Shown: positions 25,496-39,079 of the stretch, piece after piece
Layout: every line of letters begins with the position of its first letter
Position numbering within the stretch: position 1 is the first letter of the stretch
NCBI GenBank assembly: GCA_965649825.1
Contig: OZ287698.1
Location: forward strand, 1,193,949 to 1,257,948
Source: Penicillus capitatus
Taxonomy: Eukaryota > Plantae > Chlorophyta
Direction: 5' to 3'
DNA: 64,000 bases
The notes under the pieces: model-generated
Seen by the model: the letters and a program-made list of their open reading frames with translations, nothing else
What the model was told of the DNA's origin: nothing
The model's database searches: none
Program-made: the position numbers and the translations under genes

Positions 25496-28400
25496 GTTTT
25501 TTCCTTCGGGTCAAGGTATACTAACTATAACGAGACAAAGAGATGCTGTTAACCGAGGCGGATCAGTTGCATTTGGACTTTTGTTGACAATTTACATAAA
25601 CATGTGTCCCTGGACAACGCGATGCGTAAGACATTCTCATGCGATGTGGCGGAGAGGCTTCGCGCCATCTCGCCCAGATCCACCGAAATGTCGTCGATGT
25701 TTTCCACCTTAACTGAACAACGAGACCGCCCCGTATGACTGTCTGTCAGAAGAGCGAGGAATAGAGTCCGGTGGGCGGGAATGGGTGGTGGCACTGTTCG
25801 TCGCTGATTCTTCAGCCGTTGCTGGACAGATGAAGGTCGGTTTGGGATGCACTCTGCCGACCACCTCAGATACTCCCGCGCAAAACAGAGCCCGGGAACT
25901 GCCTTGCTTGATTCAGAACAGGCTAGCACAGGAGAAATACCCTTCACTTCGCCCAAAAATCATTTGGCGACTTTTCCTAGCTCTCATGAGCATGTCCGCG
26001 ACGTGCTTGACATTGTTTCTGTCTTAGCCAGCTTAGGGCTCACGCTTCGACTCTCATTTCTTTCGGTTTGTCCCGTTCATTCTTCCAGAGGAAAGGTCAC
26101 CCCGAAGATCCGAGCCCTTACAGATATCGGACGGCTTCCTTCATTTCGACGATTCCGATGTCGAACACAAGAGTGACATTTCTGCGATAGAAACGCGGAT
26201 CTCTGTGCCAGGAAGAGTGCCCAGAGATGAACTGGGATGCATGACTGCCTACCCGCTTCGCTGCATCTCGCATCTGACGAGATCGTAGATTTGCACGTTT
26301 CGTCGATGCGCTCTCCGAGCGCATCCATGTCGCTGAGCACTACTCGGCGCAAATCGCCGTACTCTGCAACCGTCATCCATTCGAGTATCTCTCCGTCCGT
26401 CATCTTTCCACGTTCACCTTCCTTGCTCGAATAACTTCTCGTTCGCTTTCGATTCGAGACAAGTGAACATTGCAGCTTCGGTGATTCGGTGGTCAAGAGG
26501 CCGGTTCCCTAAGCCACGTAGAATGATGCATCGTTCGGCGGCGTCCTGCGGCCCGAAGAGGCCAAACACTCTGAAACCCACAGCGGCGCCGAGGGCAGAG
26601 TTTCGACACGACGTGAAGGGCTCTTTCGGCTGCGGAAGCCAAGAATCACTCCGTCGCCTCGGATGGAATCAGGAACGCATGAAGAACAGAAAGCACCGTA
26701 CAGCGTATTCGGAAGGCCCACCGCCTAACTACATGAAAGGTGCAGCAGCCTGCCTCTGAAGCAGCAAACATGTGCGAGATCTCTTCTGTGCACAGAGACC
26801 GCCAGTTCTCTCGCTAAGAAAACAGAAAAGTTTGCAAGTGATGGAGGGTACCCAAAGAAACCTTCGCGTCAAGATCTCGAGCGTCGTCCTCGTACCAACT
26901 GTCGCAATGGATCTTGTGACAAAGCGCTCAGACGAAGGGCTCCGTCGGCACTCTCAGATACATATTCAATCGGCGACAGTGCATTAGGGGATGCATCAGG
27001 AACCAAGCACCGCCGCAGACTTCGTGTACTCGAAGAGAAACCCAAGCAGCCAAAGTTGCCGATGAAAGAGGTGGCTACGATGAGCGAGCCGCTGGAAGAG
27101 ACGCCAGATATGGCTGCCATCGTGTTAACAGTTTTGCTTCGAATGAATCGGCCGAGGTCCACTGTGCGTGACTTATTCGACATTGTCGTAGATCTGAATC
27201 GAAAACGTCAGAAAAAGAGGAACGATGCAAGATGGACGTCACATCTAAGTCATCTCAGACGGCGCATCACATATTCTGTTCCGCATATGAAACACTTGAT
27301 GGAGCACTACAGCCGTCTGAGTTTTGCGTCCTTGGTGCATTATGTCCAGCAACGTGCGTTTCTCGTCGCTTTTCCTTTGATTCTACTCCATCTGGCCTCC
27401 CAGTTTCCATCGATCCTGGCAACAATCCTAACAGTCACGAGGGGCCGTTGGGGACACGCATTTCTGACGGACGACATGTACTTCTTGAATTCGTTATTCA
27501 GATGTCTTTTCTTTTTTCGCCCTTCGTTTCCAGGATTCTAGCTGTTGATGGATTCTCCCCATCAGCTGATCCGGAATTCCTAAAGTCCAGTCGAAATACG
27601 TTGAAACCCGATATTCCATTCTATTCGTCCCTCAGGTTATGTAGACTAGGAGCCCCTCCCATAAAGATGCCGCGTCGTTTTAGGTTTTGGGTTTGTAATA
27701 ACTGCTCTTCCCATGTTTCCAATTATGGTTTAACATGTTCAAACATATTTTATCGATCGTATAAGCAGTCGCAGAAACCACACTGTTAGAATGCGAGTCG
27801 ATCAGGCCTCGTTGCCAGGAATATCACTGTCGGCTTATCGTGACACGTCATGATAGCGGTAACTGTTCTTAGCTCGAGTGGTCCAGTATCTTGCTCGCCA
27901 CATTAGCAATCATAGTCATCCGTCATCTCAAGCATAGCGCCTGTTCTTCGGCGGCACGAGCAGCGTGTTGTAACTTACATGGTCCTTTTGTTTGTTATCA
28001 GCGTTACAAAGGAGTGGCAAATGATTCTCTTTGTATTATTGCATGTACCACCATCGACATGCCGATTTGATATCAAGTCTAGAAGATTCGGCCGTATCAC
28101 AATTTGATAGGTACACGCAAGAGTGCTGTCTGAAATATCAGGTACCGAGGAACGGTGACACTTTGCGAACCCTGTTGTATTCCTCAATCTGTTCTGTTTC
28201 ACATTGTGTAAGACAATAGCCTTGCCAGGTCATACGATTTCGCGTATCCAGAATAGCCTCGAATCGATATTCCGTTTAGTGTGCGATTTGATGTCATGCT
28301 GCCATCGCGGAGGATGTGAAGATGCTACTCACGCACTCTCAGTGTCCGAATCGATGACGTCTTCGCCCGCTCTCGCTTTCTTGACTTCATTTAATGGAAA

Positions 28401-28921
28401 ATGTGACAAAGGGCGAGAGGGGGATGCCAGGGATATGTGTGGGCAAGACAGTGAACTCACATGTGTGACAAGAGGACACTGTCCGTACAGAAGAAGAACG
28501 ACGACGGTACGCGGATCGTTTGTTCGGCCAAGACACCGGCCCCGGATGTTTGGGACAGGCCGGCCGAAAGGACATCCAGACGGTATCCACTCGAGAGGCA
28601 CTGCGTTCTGGTACTAGCTACAGCAATTGCACCTCTCTGCAGCGACAGGCGATTCGGCCGAGAGCGCGGCAAAGGTGTTTCCGTCGACCGACCGGTGCGG
28701 AAGACAGATGCACGGAGGCTCGACATTCAACCCCCAATGGCCGTCTCCCATTCTCGTGTGATCTCCCCGCAACCGATCTCTGATCGGCACCGGAGCACGC
28801 CGAGGTGTGCAATCGTCAGAACGCATTCGACGTCTCTACGGGGGGTCCGTGCAGACGACACACGCGTGTTGTGACAGTTTGAGCGATGTACAACGAACGG
28901 ACTGTCATTCAACATACGTCG

Positions 28922-31057
28922 TCACGATGCAAACAAGATCTCCGTTCTCTTCGGACGCTGTTCGATCGTTCCAGGTTTAACAGCCGCCTTCGGATGCCTT
29001 GACAACTCTGCCGGGACGGTCGCCTTGCCGTCTTCCAGAACCTTCTTCAGATCATACAGCACAGGGTGCTCTGGCTCAGCCAGCGTCAAGAATGTCAGGG
29101 CCACTCCTTTTCTTCCAGCGCGACCCGTTCTGCCGATACGATGCGTGTACATTTCAATGTTGAACGGCATGTCGTAGTTGATCACCAGAGCCACATCCGC
29201 CACATCGATACCTCTGCCAGCGACGTCCGTCGCGATGAGGATGTTATAGGTGTCGTCGCGGAATCCCTTGATGCTTGCTTCGCGCTGCTCCTGCGTCTTG
29301 CCTCCGTGCAGGACAGTGCAGCTGAATCCCATGCCTTCCAGCCGGCGATAGACGACATCGCACTTGCTCTTGGTGTTGACAAACACGATGGCGCGTTTCT
29401 CGTTGAGGGCCTCCATCTCCTGCTCCAGTCGCAGTTCCTTCTCGTTCTCTTTCATGATGATGACGCGTTGCGAGACGTTGTCCGTTGCTCGGCCGGCCGT
29501 GCCGACTGTCACGATGACCGGTCTCCTCAGGTACTTCTTTGCCAGACGCTCCACGGCCGTCGGCATTGTCGCGCTGAACATGTGCGTCGTGCGGTAGACG
29601 CGCGCCGTGTCCTCCACTTCCTCGTTCTCCGGCTTCAGATTGCTGCTGGGCATCGCATCGAGCACGCCGACCACTTGCGGCTCGAAACCCATGTCGATCA
29701 TCCGATCCGCCTCGTCCAACACAACGTAGTTGCACTGGTTCAGAACAGCGTAGCGCCGTTCGAGGCAGTCGATCAGACGACCGGGTGTGGCAATCACGAT
29801 CTCGCATCCCCTTCTGAGCTTGAACCCCTGGTCTTCGATGGACTGCCCACCAACGACAGAGCAGATGCGGTAGTCGGTGTAGTGTCCCAGTCTGCCCGTC
29901 TCTTCCTCGATCTGCTGCGCCAGTTCGCGGGTGGGCGCCAGGATGACGGCGTAGGGACCGTCCGATTCGTTTGCCTCCGTCATCGGCGGTTGGTTCATGA
30001 CGTAGACCATCAACGGCAAAACGAACGCGGCCGTCTTTCCAGAGCCCGTTTCGGCGATGCCTATCAGATCTCGTCCCTTCACGCCCACAGGAATGGCTGC
30101 CATCTGAATCGGAGATGGCTTCTTGAATCCCATCCTCCGAATCGCCTTCTCCAGCGGAACAGGCAAATCTGCCTCCTCCCAGTTTCGTATCGGCATGGCA
30201 GGGGTGCTGCCGCTGCCTTTGTAGGAGATGCTGAAATCTTCTTTGAAGATCCTCCAGTCGCGATCCGTCATCGCCTCGAGCGGCTTCTCGGACCAGTGCC
30301 GCTCGCTCCTCATATCTCTGATGTGATACAGATCGGCCTCCTTCTCGCGCTCTTTGTTCAGCTTACGGGAACCATGCGTCTCCTTCAGTCCCGCTGCGTG
30401 GCGCGAAGACTTCAGCAGTCCGATCTCCCGGACGGTTGCTTCCTTCTTCTGCTCTCTCCGATCCATGCCTGCCCTCATCCCCCTGCCAAAGAGCGGAGCC
30501 GCTTCGTGGGGATTGTTGTACAGCGGGTTCAGATCTCGCGAGGTGTCATCGCCGACGTCCCAATCGAAGTTGAAACGAAACTTCTCGCTCGGCTTCAGCA
30601 CCCGCTTCTTCACTTTCTCCTGTCCCAGGTACTGCTGCTTGATCAGAACGAGCTCCTTCTCCCGTTCGCGCTCTCGATCGTCGGTCTGGGAATGATGATG
30701 CGCGCGGCGTTCGTTTGAATGGACGGCGGCGGTGTCGTCGACAGTCGAACGCGTTTCTTCCTCGACGGGCACGCGACGACGCGTCGCTGTCACCTCGTGT
30801 TGCTTCAGGGCAGCTTCCTCTCTCTGCTTCTTCGTCATAAACACCGGTCGCTTTGCCGCATCCTGCGCTGCTTTGGTCTTCTTCAGCACCTCCTCGAGGG
30901 ACAGCGGCTCTTTTCGCTTCTTCTCGGGAGGAGGGGGCAGCGCCTCGCCCGATTCGACAGACGACGCCCGGTCCTGCTCGCGAAGGTCCCGTCGTCCCTG
31001 ACGCTCGGCACTGCGCGAACGGCGACGCTTATATTCGATGCCATTGGAGCGATACAT
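28922..31057 (-). CDS. DDX23: DEAD-box RNA helicase DDX23/Prp28 (U5 snRNP 100 kDa), intronless, 711 aa
   Basis: [68 protein letters not shown] and [10 protein letters not shown]. Confidence 0.97.
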   Translation of the reverse strand: MYRSNGIEYKRRRSRSAERQGRRDLREQDRASSVESGEALPPPPEKKRKEPLSLEEVLKKTKAAQDAAKRPVFMTKKQREEAALKQHEVTATRRRVPVEEETRSTVDDTAAVHSNERRAHHHSQTDDREREREKELVLIKQQYLGQEKVKKRVLKPSEKFRFNFDWDVGDDTSRDLNPLYNNPHEAAPLFGRGMRAGMDRREQKKEATVREIGLLKSSRHAAGLKETHGSRKLNKEREKEADLYHIRDMRSERHWSEKPLEAMTDRDWRIFKEDFSISYKGSGSTPAMPIRNWEEADLPVPLEKAIRRMGFKKPSPIQMAAIPVGVKGRDLIGIAETGSGKTAAFVLPLMVYVMNQPPMTEANESDGPYAVILAPTRELAQQIEEETGRLGHYTDYRICSVVGGQSIEDQGFKLRRGCEIVIATPGRLIDCLERRYAVLNQCNYVVLDEADRMIDMGFEPQVVGVLDAMPSSNLKPENEEVEDTARVYRTTHMFSATMPTAVERLAKKYLRRPVIVTVGTAGRATDNVSQRVIIMKENEKELRLEQEMEALNEKRAIVFVNTKSKCDVVYRRLEGMGFSCTVLHGGKTQEQREASIKGFRDDTYNILIATDVAGRGIDVADVALVINYDMPFNIEMYTHRIGRTGRAGRKGVALTFLTLAEPEHPVLYDLKKVLEDGKATVPAELSRHPKAAVKPGTIEQRPKRTEILFAS

Positions 31058-31092
31058 CTTCGCGCAATTCCCGAACCGCTGTGGCCATTATC

Positions 31093-33932
31093 ATGGTTTC
31101 CGAGCAGTGGGTGTTTCAAGCGATTGCTGCCGGCAAGACATACGACAGTCTGCCCACGCGCATCAAGAACACGCTCTCCTTCACCGAATGGAAAAACAAG
31201 TGTGCCCAGAATCCACTGCGCACCGCACTTTCGAGTTCTGTCGCAAAACAGAGTGAAGCATTATTGCATACAACACGGATACGCATGGGCAGATAGCGTT
31301 GCCAACACGAGTGGTGGAGAGCAGGAGTACTACGAAGAGCTGCTCGACTATTACAAGAAGAACGAGAGGGTGAGCCGCAAGCCTATTGGGTATTCGGGAT
31401 TCATGCCCACTGGACAATGTGTGATACGGCAGTTGTTTCCGTATCACTTGGCGCACTACGTGTGTCGGATCTTGAGAGTGACCGCCTTCCGCTACTACTC
31501 GGACATCCTCTTCAACAGCCTAAAAGAGGAGAAGGCCTACGACAAGATACCCAACTTCACGGTGCTCGGAGAATGAAGAGGTGGAAGTGCGAGAGAATGT
31601 GTGATGTGACCTCCAGGCAGCCGACATTTTGCGACATCTGGGGATCGGAAGAAACGAGTACATCTCGATCCTCGATGCTTGTCGGGCCAAAAAGTTCATA
31701 TGGCGCATGAACCGGAACATTGCCAAAGAGCGGCTGCCGAACGAGCCCGTCAGCATGGTCATGGAGCCGTGGTGGAGAATCGGTGTGGTCAACGTAAGCG
31801 CATTCGACGCGGAAATCAATCCCCGTCTCAACGTCCTCTCGTCAGTTGACAGAGAGCGAGTTCAAGGCGCTGATGCCGGACGAACTGGAATTCCTGCAGC
31901 TGGCTTCTTCGGGCGACAACTCGCTGAGCTTGGCGGAAGTGAACTACGAGATTCTGCGGTCTCTTTATCGCCGAGGCCTTCTCTACCTCCGCATTCCGAT
32001 AAGAGAAGATGACAAGTTTACGATCCCGCCCTTGGAAGTCGGGCATTCTCGACAGGTGCGATTCGGCTAGAGTGACGGACTCCGCTGTAGGGCTTTATCT
32101 CGAATCGCAATGTCTCTTCGACGAGCGTGGGAGTGGATCCCATGGAGACGCTTCTGTACTCGGTGTTCATCGCCAACAGCGAGAACATGACGCTGAGTTC
32201 TCTTGCCGATGTCTTGAACGTCGACATCTCCGCGCTCAAGGCGGCAATGGGCATCGCCGTGCGACTCGGTTTCGCCACGCGTGTTGCACGCGATTCAGGC
32301 GAGCACTCGTGCACTGCCGATCGAATACGTTGCTCCAATGCACGGCTGCTTTGCCAGACGGCGGGTCGACCGCCTCTTTTGACGTTCTCCAGATTCGCGA
32401 TAACGAAGATGAGGAGGAGAACGAAGCAGACCGTTCAGCAGGGAAAGCTCTGTTCCCGACCGGCGACGCCTCTTCCGGCGACGTTCAGTCCATCGCTGTG
32501 CTTGTCGACGCTGAAACGACATCCTTTCTGATGATGGGTCTCCTTTCCTCCGGTAAAAAAGCGCGAGACTGCAAAGAGCGAAGTCCTACCCTGCAGGGAT
32601 CAAACGCCATGCCGTGACTCTCTTCGAGGGAGGACGGGTAGCGGGCGACGAGGTGATCTCGCATCTGATCTCGGAGCTGCGAACCTCCGCCGACGTCAAA
32701 GAACAGGACGAGGAGATCCGGAAGCTGATGCAAACGGCATCGTCCCTTGCCGAGCTGCTCGAGTGTGTCAAAGAAGCGTCTGGCAATGGGTCCATCGAGC
32801 TCCTGAGAAGGTCCATCTCCCCTTTCTGTTCTCATCGATCTCCATCGTTTCCAGAGAGTCGTTGGAGGGGCTGTCGAGTGAAGCGGTGACGCGGATTCTG
32901 TCGCACAGCTACAAAGCCATCGTCCCCATCGCGCCACTTTCGGGAGATCCCCTTCCCTTGAGTGCCACGGAAGCATCTCCGCTCTTCTTCGGAGCAACGG
33001 ACGCCGTCGCATCGCTGTGGTTTCAGCTCGCGTGCTTCGAGCACTGCGGCAGCGGTCCGATCTCTCACGTCTTTGTTCGGGGACAGGTATGCCCAATCCT
33101 CGGCGCATTCCACCATCCACGACGCTGGTGTGCTGCAGAGAGTGACGCAACTGCCTCGAGCCATCCGAGGTCACTCCTTCGCACTCCTCTTTTCCTTTCC
33201 CTTCTGCAAGGTGCCGCACCTCGTGACGTTTCCCTTCATCCTCCACCACCTCAACGAACTCTGTCGCCACGGACACGTGCTGCTGCAGCCTCTCTTCGTC
33301 GAGGCGAACAGACAGGACGACGTCAACAGGGTCGACGATCTGGAATTCGTTGACGTTCCCCTGCCGATCGCCACACATCGGAGACCAGACGATGGATCCC
33401 TCGTCGCGCAAGGTACACCGCACGCCGCGCGTGGCCTTTGGCGCTTCATCCGCCACCCGTTTGCCTGCCAGGCTACGTTCGGGGCAGCGGCAAAGCCGTC
33501 GAGATTTCCATTGTGCCGACGTTGCCTGAGATGCTCGTGCGTCTGGGTCTGACCCACGTGACAGGGTTCGTGCGCTTCTCGCCTAACTGCACGGCGTCGC
33601 ACGAGTATGTACCCTTTCACGTATACCTCGGCGTGCCTCTGACGCCCCTGGCTCTGTGCAATGCCGTCTGTGCGAGCACAAGGGAACAGAATCTCTTCGA
33701 CGCGGACAACGTTGACGGCGTCATCGAAGACAAACGGCGCCATGTGCAGATCGTGACGCACGTCCTAGAGAGATTCGGTCATGATGGAAGAGGCCTGGCA
33801 CCGCAGACCGGATTCCTCTTCGACGGGCACAAGCTGCGATCGGACGAATACGCGACATCAGATCTACTGCTCGCGCCTCTTTCAAAGTCGGCGACACCCA
33901 CAAAACACGAGTCCGCTGTCGCGATCGAATAG
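31093..33932 (+). CDS. FAM91A1: FAM91A1-like protein; about 10 introns
   Basis: [94 protein letters not shown] and HAVTLFEGG. Confidence 0.9.
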
Positions 33933-34000
33933 TCCTTGAGTTTTGGACCGCCTGCAAAAATACCATCCCGGGCGAGCATTGACTTGTGTTGCATCTCGTC

Positions 34001-36036
34001 TCATTCTTCGTCGCTCGAACTGCCGTCGCGTCCAGACTTCGCCCTTTGCAAGGCACCGCTGATCTCGGCGTCTGTCTTCTCCAGGCAGAGATGCGGCACG
34101 CATCCACAGCTGAAGGCGTTCGACTCCAAGGCGTGGTGCAGACAGAGAACCTCTGCCTTGTCCACCCTGAAAACCACACCAACGCTGGATGCGTTTTCGA
34201 GATCCCAGAGCCGGACCTGCAGGCGCAGGATACGTAGGAGAAGAACAAGGGCACATCGCACGTCTTGCATGACCACGATTCCCATTCCGGTTTCCACCGA
34301 TGCTTCGGCACGACCTGCTGCACTCTGTACAGCGTTCTGCGGATCTGCTGCCTCGCCTGGATCTCTCCCTTACACGCATCGATGAGAGCATGGGTCAGTA
34401 GCACGGGTATCCGTTTGCGCTCCTTCGACTTCAGAGCTGTCGCTTGCTCCAGCAAAAACCAGAGGAGCTTGTCGTGAGAGAAGAGTGGCGGCTTCCGGCA
34501 CAGTGCTGTGCTGCAGCGTCGCACGGCTTTCTGGCCAAACATGACCCAGTCCATCATCGCGAAGTTCACGGCCTCCGCACAGTTCCATCCCTCGTTGTAT
34601 CCTGCATGAAAAGCTCGGGGAAAGGTCAAGACCAAGTCTCCGGGATGCTGGACGGCTTTGAACACATTCACGGACTTTGGCAGTTGGAAGGGCGACACCA
34701 TCATCGTCAGGCGTTTCAGAACATCCGATTTCATGGATCGCGTCGAAACGCGCGACGTCATGCATTCTTCAAAATCGTCTGCACAGGAAGACGGTATGCC
34801 ATACCTACACACCACACCACTGCACTCTGGGCGCCCAGGCAGTGCATCTTACCACACTTTAGGGTCGCCGTCGTGCAGGTAGTTGATAGAATACATAAAA
34901 TGATCTTCCACGTGCCAACAAAACGTGGAAAACAGACATCCAAAGTACAGCCACGGGCAGGTCACCCCAGGAATATCAATTCCTGTCTGCTTCAGTACAT
35001 TCCCTCTCTCTTGGATCAGCGAACTCAACGTCCATTTGCGATTCGACGTCTCACTGCAGCTTCGGACGTCACATGGTCGAACAGCTGCTGACAGAGGGCG
35101 GCTGACCTCCTTATCATATGATTGGTAGCGTAGTCTACTTCCATCTTCTCCCTTGTCTTTCCTTCCACGATATCCCTTCAATCCTTGTCCCTTACACGTC
35201 GGCCAAATGCGCGGTGTGTGAGAAACCAGTAGGTATCTTCCATGGAGTTCGAGAGATGCTTCTGCATCTGCACTTCGTCAACGACGTAGGCGGACAACTG
35301 CACAGCAACGAGAGAGGTTTCTAGATAAAAGTGCGAGGAGTGAGACGTCAAGTCTGAGATCTGGATGTGCTTTGATCCACTTCTCTTTCAATCGATCTGC
35401 ATAAGCACGGTAGCTCTCGAAAGTGTAATCATCTCCCTGAATGCACTTCACTCATCTCTTTTCCGTCACGTGCGAACACACCGTTCCAAATTCCCGTCCC
35501 GATCGCAGCGCGTGAATCTCCTGACGATAGCTGTCGAACGTCTCGTGTTGCGTTTTCGGAATCCTCTCCGGTCGCCATTCTGGATGTGGCTGTCACGATC
35601 CCCTCACATCTCGGATCACGACCATACCTCGAGGCGTGATGATGCGGACAATGCCGTACGTTTTCCCTGCGTCCAGGAGCTTTGCGAAGTATTCCAATGG
35701 CTTTGCGAATTCCTCCGCCGTGGGGGAGAATGTCGGCACGTGTTCGATCGTCTTGGGCATCGAAGACGGCGTCAAAATCGGCGTGGAACAGACGAGCGTC
35801 TTTCGTCGAACCTCTTCTTTGACAAGACGTGTGCTCGGAGAGCCACACGTCGCCTCTTACAGTACGAGACATCCATTTCCAGTGCCTTATCGGACAACGC
35901 CACAATCCAAGAGACGCGAACGGGGCTGACCTTCCTTGCATCGTCTGTTTGCTGTCGGCCGTCCACTGCTCGTTTTCCGAAGCGGCATCTTCGCGGGTGG
36001 TTCGTCATCCGCGCGGACCAATCGTTTCTTCTGCAT
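34001..36036 (-). CDS. JmjN-JmjC-C5HC2 histone lysine demethylase (KDM5/plant PKDM-like); first exon uncertain (alternative ATG at 35760)
   Basis: JmjN VPTFSPTAEEFAKPLEYF. JmjC GVTCPWLYFGCLFSTFCWHVEDH...SINYLH...KVWYGIP...TFPRAFHAGYNEGWNCAEAVNF, with the metal ligands intact. C5HC2 finger CKTCDVPLFFSYVSCAC...LCLHH...CGC. Confidence 0.9.
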
Positions 36037-36293
36037 CCGATGTGAATCGCGCTTGACGGAGACGCTTGCCGGGTTAATGGGCTAGGAAGTTCCTCTGACA
36101 GCTGCGTCTCACTCTCTATCTAGTGTATTACCTACTGCTACGAACACGCCCGCAACAACAGCGACACGACTCGAACTGACACACAATATATACTCTTTCT
36201 ATTTTTCAACGACACATCGGAGTTCATCTGATATTGAAACGGTGAAGGATGTGCTCAGATGTTCGAGATGAGAGTGAGATGGGTGTTTAGGAT

Positions 36294-38068
36294 ATGGCAG
36301 CGACTGCTTTGCGTGTGAAAGGGAAAAGGAATGACGGGGGTCTGGCGCCGCCGCCTCCACCGCCTCCCCGTGCACCTTTTCGACGAACGTACCCTGTAGC
36401 ACCTTTGGGAAGAAAATGGCTCAAGATAGATGCAGAGGGGAATTCGCAGATCATGGCCACCGACCGACACCGACTGACGCACGAACTGGGCGTCCAGACG
36501 CGCGATTTGAGGATACTGGACCCAAAGTTCTCGACGAACTATCCCTCTGCCATCCTGTGCCGGGAGAATGCGCTGGTCGTGAATCTGTTGCATATCAAGG
36601 CGATCCTGACGACCGAATACGTACTGATCATGGATCCCGAAACTCAGGATGGAGAATTGGATCCGTTTGTGAAAGAGCTGGAGAATCGTCTGAGCCACAA
36701 CGACTTGATGGCATCAGCTTCATTCCCTGTTCTGAGCAATTACTTGGGACAGAAGAAAACGGGCAGGACAAAAGAGGTCGAATTTCATCATTCGGTTGAG
36801 ATAACTGACTGCAGTGCTCTGCAGAACACGACCGGCAGGGAGACGGCATCCGGAGAGACACGACCTGGTGCGATCAGACTGGATCATCGCGTAAGTGGCA
36901 TGGAATGACTGGAAGAGGAGTGATGGAGTGATGTAGGCGGAGAATGGAAACGACGAGGGAGGCAATGGAAGCAACGCAGGACTGCGCAGCTCGCCACCCG
37001 TGATGCCCTTTGAGTTGAAGGCGCTCGAGGTCTGTCTGGAATCTGTAAGAACGCTGAGATGCGCGAACAGATCGCGATCGAATCTGTGGTTCGCAGGTCT
37101 GCAAGATTCTGGATTCGAATGCCACTCAACTGGAGGGGACGGCCTTTCCAGCCATCGACGATCTGACGCTGAACGTCTGTCCTATCCAATCATCAAGAGA
37201 CAGGTCCGAGGAAAAGCCATGGGTTTCTAGGTCAACACCAAAAACTTGCATCGAGTGAGGACCGTCAAGAGCAAGATTGCGCAACTCAAGACGCATGTCG
37301 AAACGGTCAAGGAAGTCTTGGAGAAATTCCTCGACGACGACGAAGACATGAGGGACATGAATCTCACTGCCAAACAGATGCATCGCTCTCAGACCCACAA
37401 CTTCGATGCGATCATCAAGGTACAGTCGCGCAGCTTCACTTCACTCCTTGCCTTGAACGACGGGGCAGAGCGGTGACACCTTTACGGAGTTTGAACATGA
37501 TTCCACTTTCAGACCGCCTCCGTCGCCAGGATCTTCGGTCTCCACAAACTCCTCTGTCTTCGATGAGGAGGTGCAGGAAGTCGAGATGTTGCTCGAGGCA
37601 TACTTCATGCAGATCGATCACATTTTCAACAGGTTTCCCAGCATCCTTCTTCCACCGTGAATGCCGAAGATTCAGGTTGCTGACGCTTAATGAGTATATC
37701 GACGACACGGAGGATTTTATCAACATCGTTCAAGACAAGCACAGAAATCAGCTTCTGCAGGTCGAGACGTGCCATTCCAGCCTTTCTGGATGCCGTTGTG
37801 GATCTAGCTCGAGTTGCTCATCGCAGCAGGGACGTTTGCTCTAACGATGGTCGCTGTCGTTTCGGGAATCTTTGGAATGAACTTAAACAACACCTTCTCC
37901 GAGACGTCGCCAACGCCTTTCCTCCTCGTATCCTGCACAAGCATTTCCATGAACCCATCCATCTCACTTCTTGTGTTCAAGGTCACATGTCTGTCACTGG
38001 CAGTGGCGTTGATTGTGCTGGGAATCATTTTATGGTTCTGTCGTCTGAAGGGGTTGATGAATATCTAG
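36294..38068 (+). CDS. MRS2: MRS2/CorA-family magnesium transporter; 8 introns
   Basis: RDLRILDP...YPSAILCRENALVVNL.HIKAI, PFELKALEVCLE, LDDDEDMRDMNLT, EVEMLLEAYFMQID, EYIDDTEDFINI and GIFGMN signature. Confidence 0.95.
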
Positions 38069-38634
38069 GAGGACGCTCATGGCAACGACGCACAGTTTAA
38101 TAAGATACCTATCATGACTAGCAAGACATTGAGTATCTCTGTAGCGGATATCTATTTCTTTAAAATAACCTATGGCGCACACCGGTCATCATCGTCTTCG
38201 GCATTTGTTTAATGCAGAACGATTGTTCGTTGATTTGTTAGGACCGAGGGGTGTCGCGAGAGGTATGAGTGCGTCGAGGCCACGAGTAGAGACGAATCAG
38301 ACGGGTATTGTTACAGGTGAGTCTGTACATCGTTATACGGGTAAACGTCCTGTCAGTCGACACTGACGTTTCTTGATCGAACAGATTCAAAAACAACGAC
38401 AGTCGCGTTTGTCTGCGCTTTGTCCGACGTGTTTACGTCTACGTTTGTCTTGCGTTTGTCGACGAAGGGCTATACGATGTATGAGTGTTCTGTCCATCTC
38501 TCGGCCGTTCTAGACTGCGAACGCTTTTCCTTCTAATTTTACTATCTGTTCTACGTATGTTTGGCTTAAGGACAACGAAGTCACGGAACTTCTGGCTGTG
38601 TTTGGAGTGAGCAAATCAGGTAAACTCGCACCTT

Positions 38635-39079
38635 ATGTATGGCATCTCCGCAAACCAGTGTATGTGGCGTAGCGCTCCACGAAATCCTGGTTCGAGAAGG
38701 CATCGTGAAGCCTTCCGTTCGCTGCAATGCCGGCCTCTAGACGATGCGCTACAGAAGGCAGATATCGTTGACATCTACGATCAAGCGACACGTCAACTTT
38801 GTCAGATATTGTCCGTCGAGTACTCAACACTTGAAAATGCTGTCTGCTTGCTTAGGTGCTATGTCACTCTCCGCATAGCGCAAGGAGAGTCGTCCTTCGA
38901 TTGGGACGCATTCGTCGCCGATGTCTTCGGAGTTCATGGCGACGAGCATGCAATCAGGAACGGCGTGAGGCACTTGCAAGATCTACGCAAGATGCTCGGA
39001 GTTCTTTAATCCTTTCTTTGACGAGGCTGCCATGTCTGACCTCGAAGTGCTTCTCGCGGCAGAACGAAGACGCCAGTGA
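38635..39079 (+). pseudogene. Unidentified ORF, possibly frameshifted near 39000
   Basis: ORF 38635-39009 (FDWDAFVADVFG...LQDLRKML) continues as protein-like text in a shifted frame (EFFNPFFDEAAMSDLEVLLAAERRRQ*). Confidence 0.25.

Noticed and set aside
25847-26176. HVRDVLDIVSVLASLGL resembles the E2F/DEL RRxYDIxNVLxxxGL motif
   Set aside because: The key RR, Y and N residues are absent and there is no surrounding winged-helix pattern.
27678-27691. TTTTAGGTTTTGGG telomere-like motif
   Set aside because: Only two degenerate units in an AT-rich tract.
29066-30718. 550-aa plus-strand ORF, and similar long antisense ORFs over NPC1, FAM91A1, JMJ, IFT122 and CYP28
   Set aside because: These are antisense shadows of GC3-rich real genes, with no recognisable motifs.
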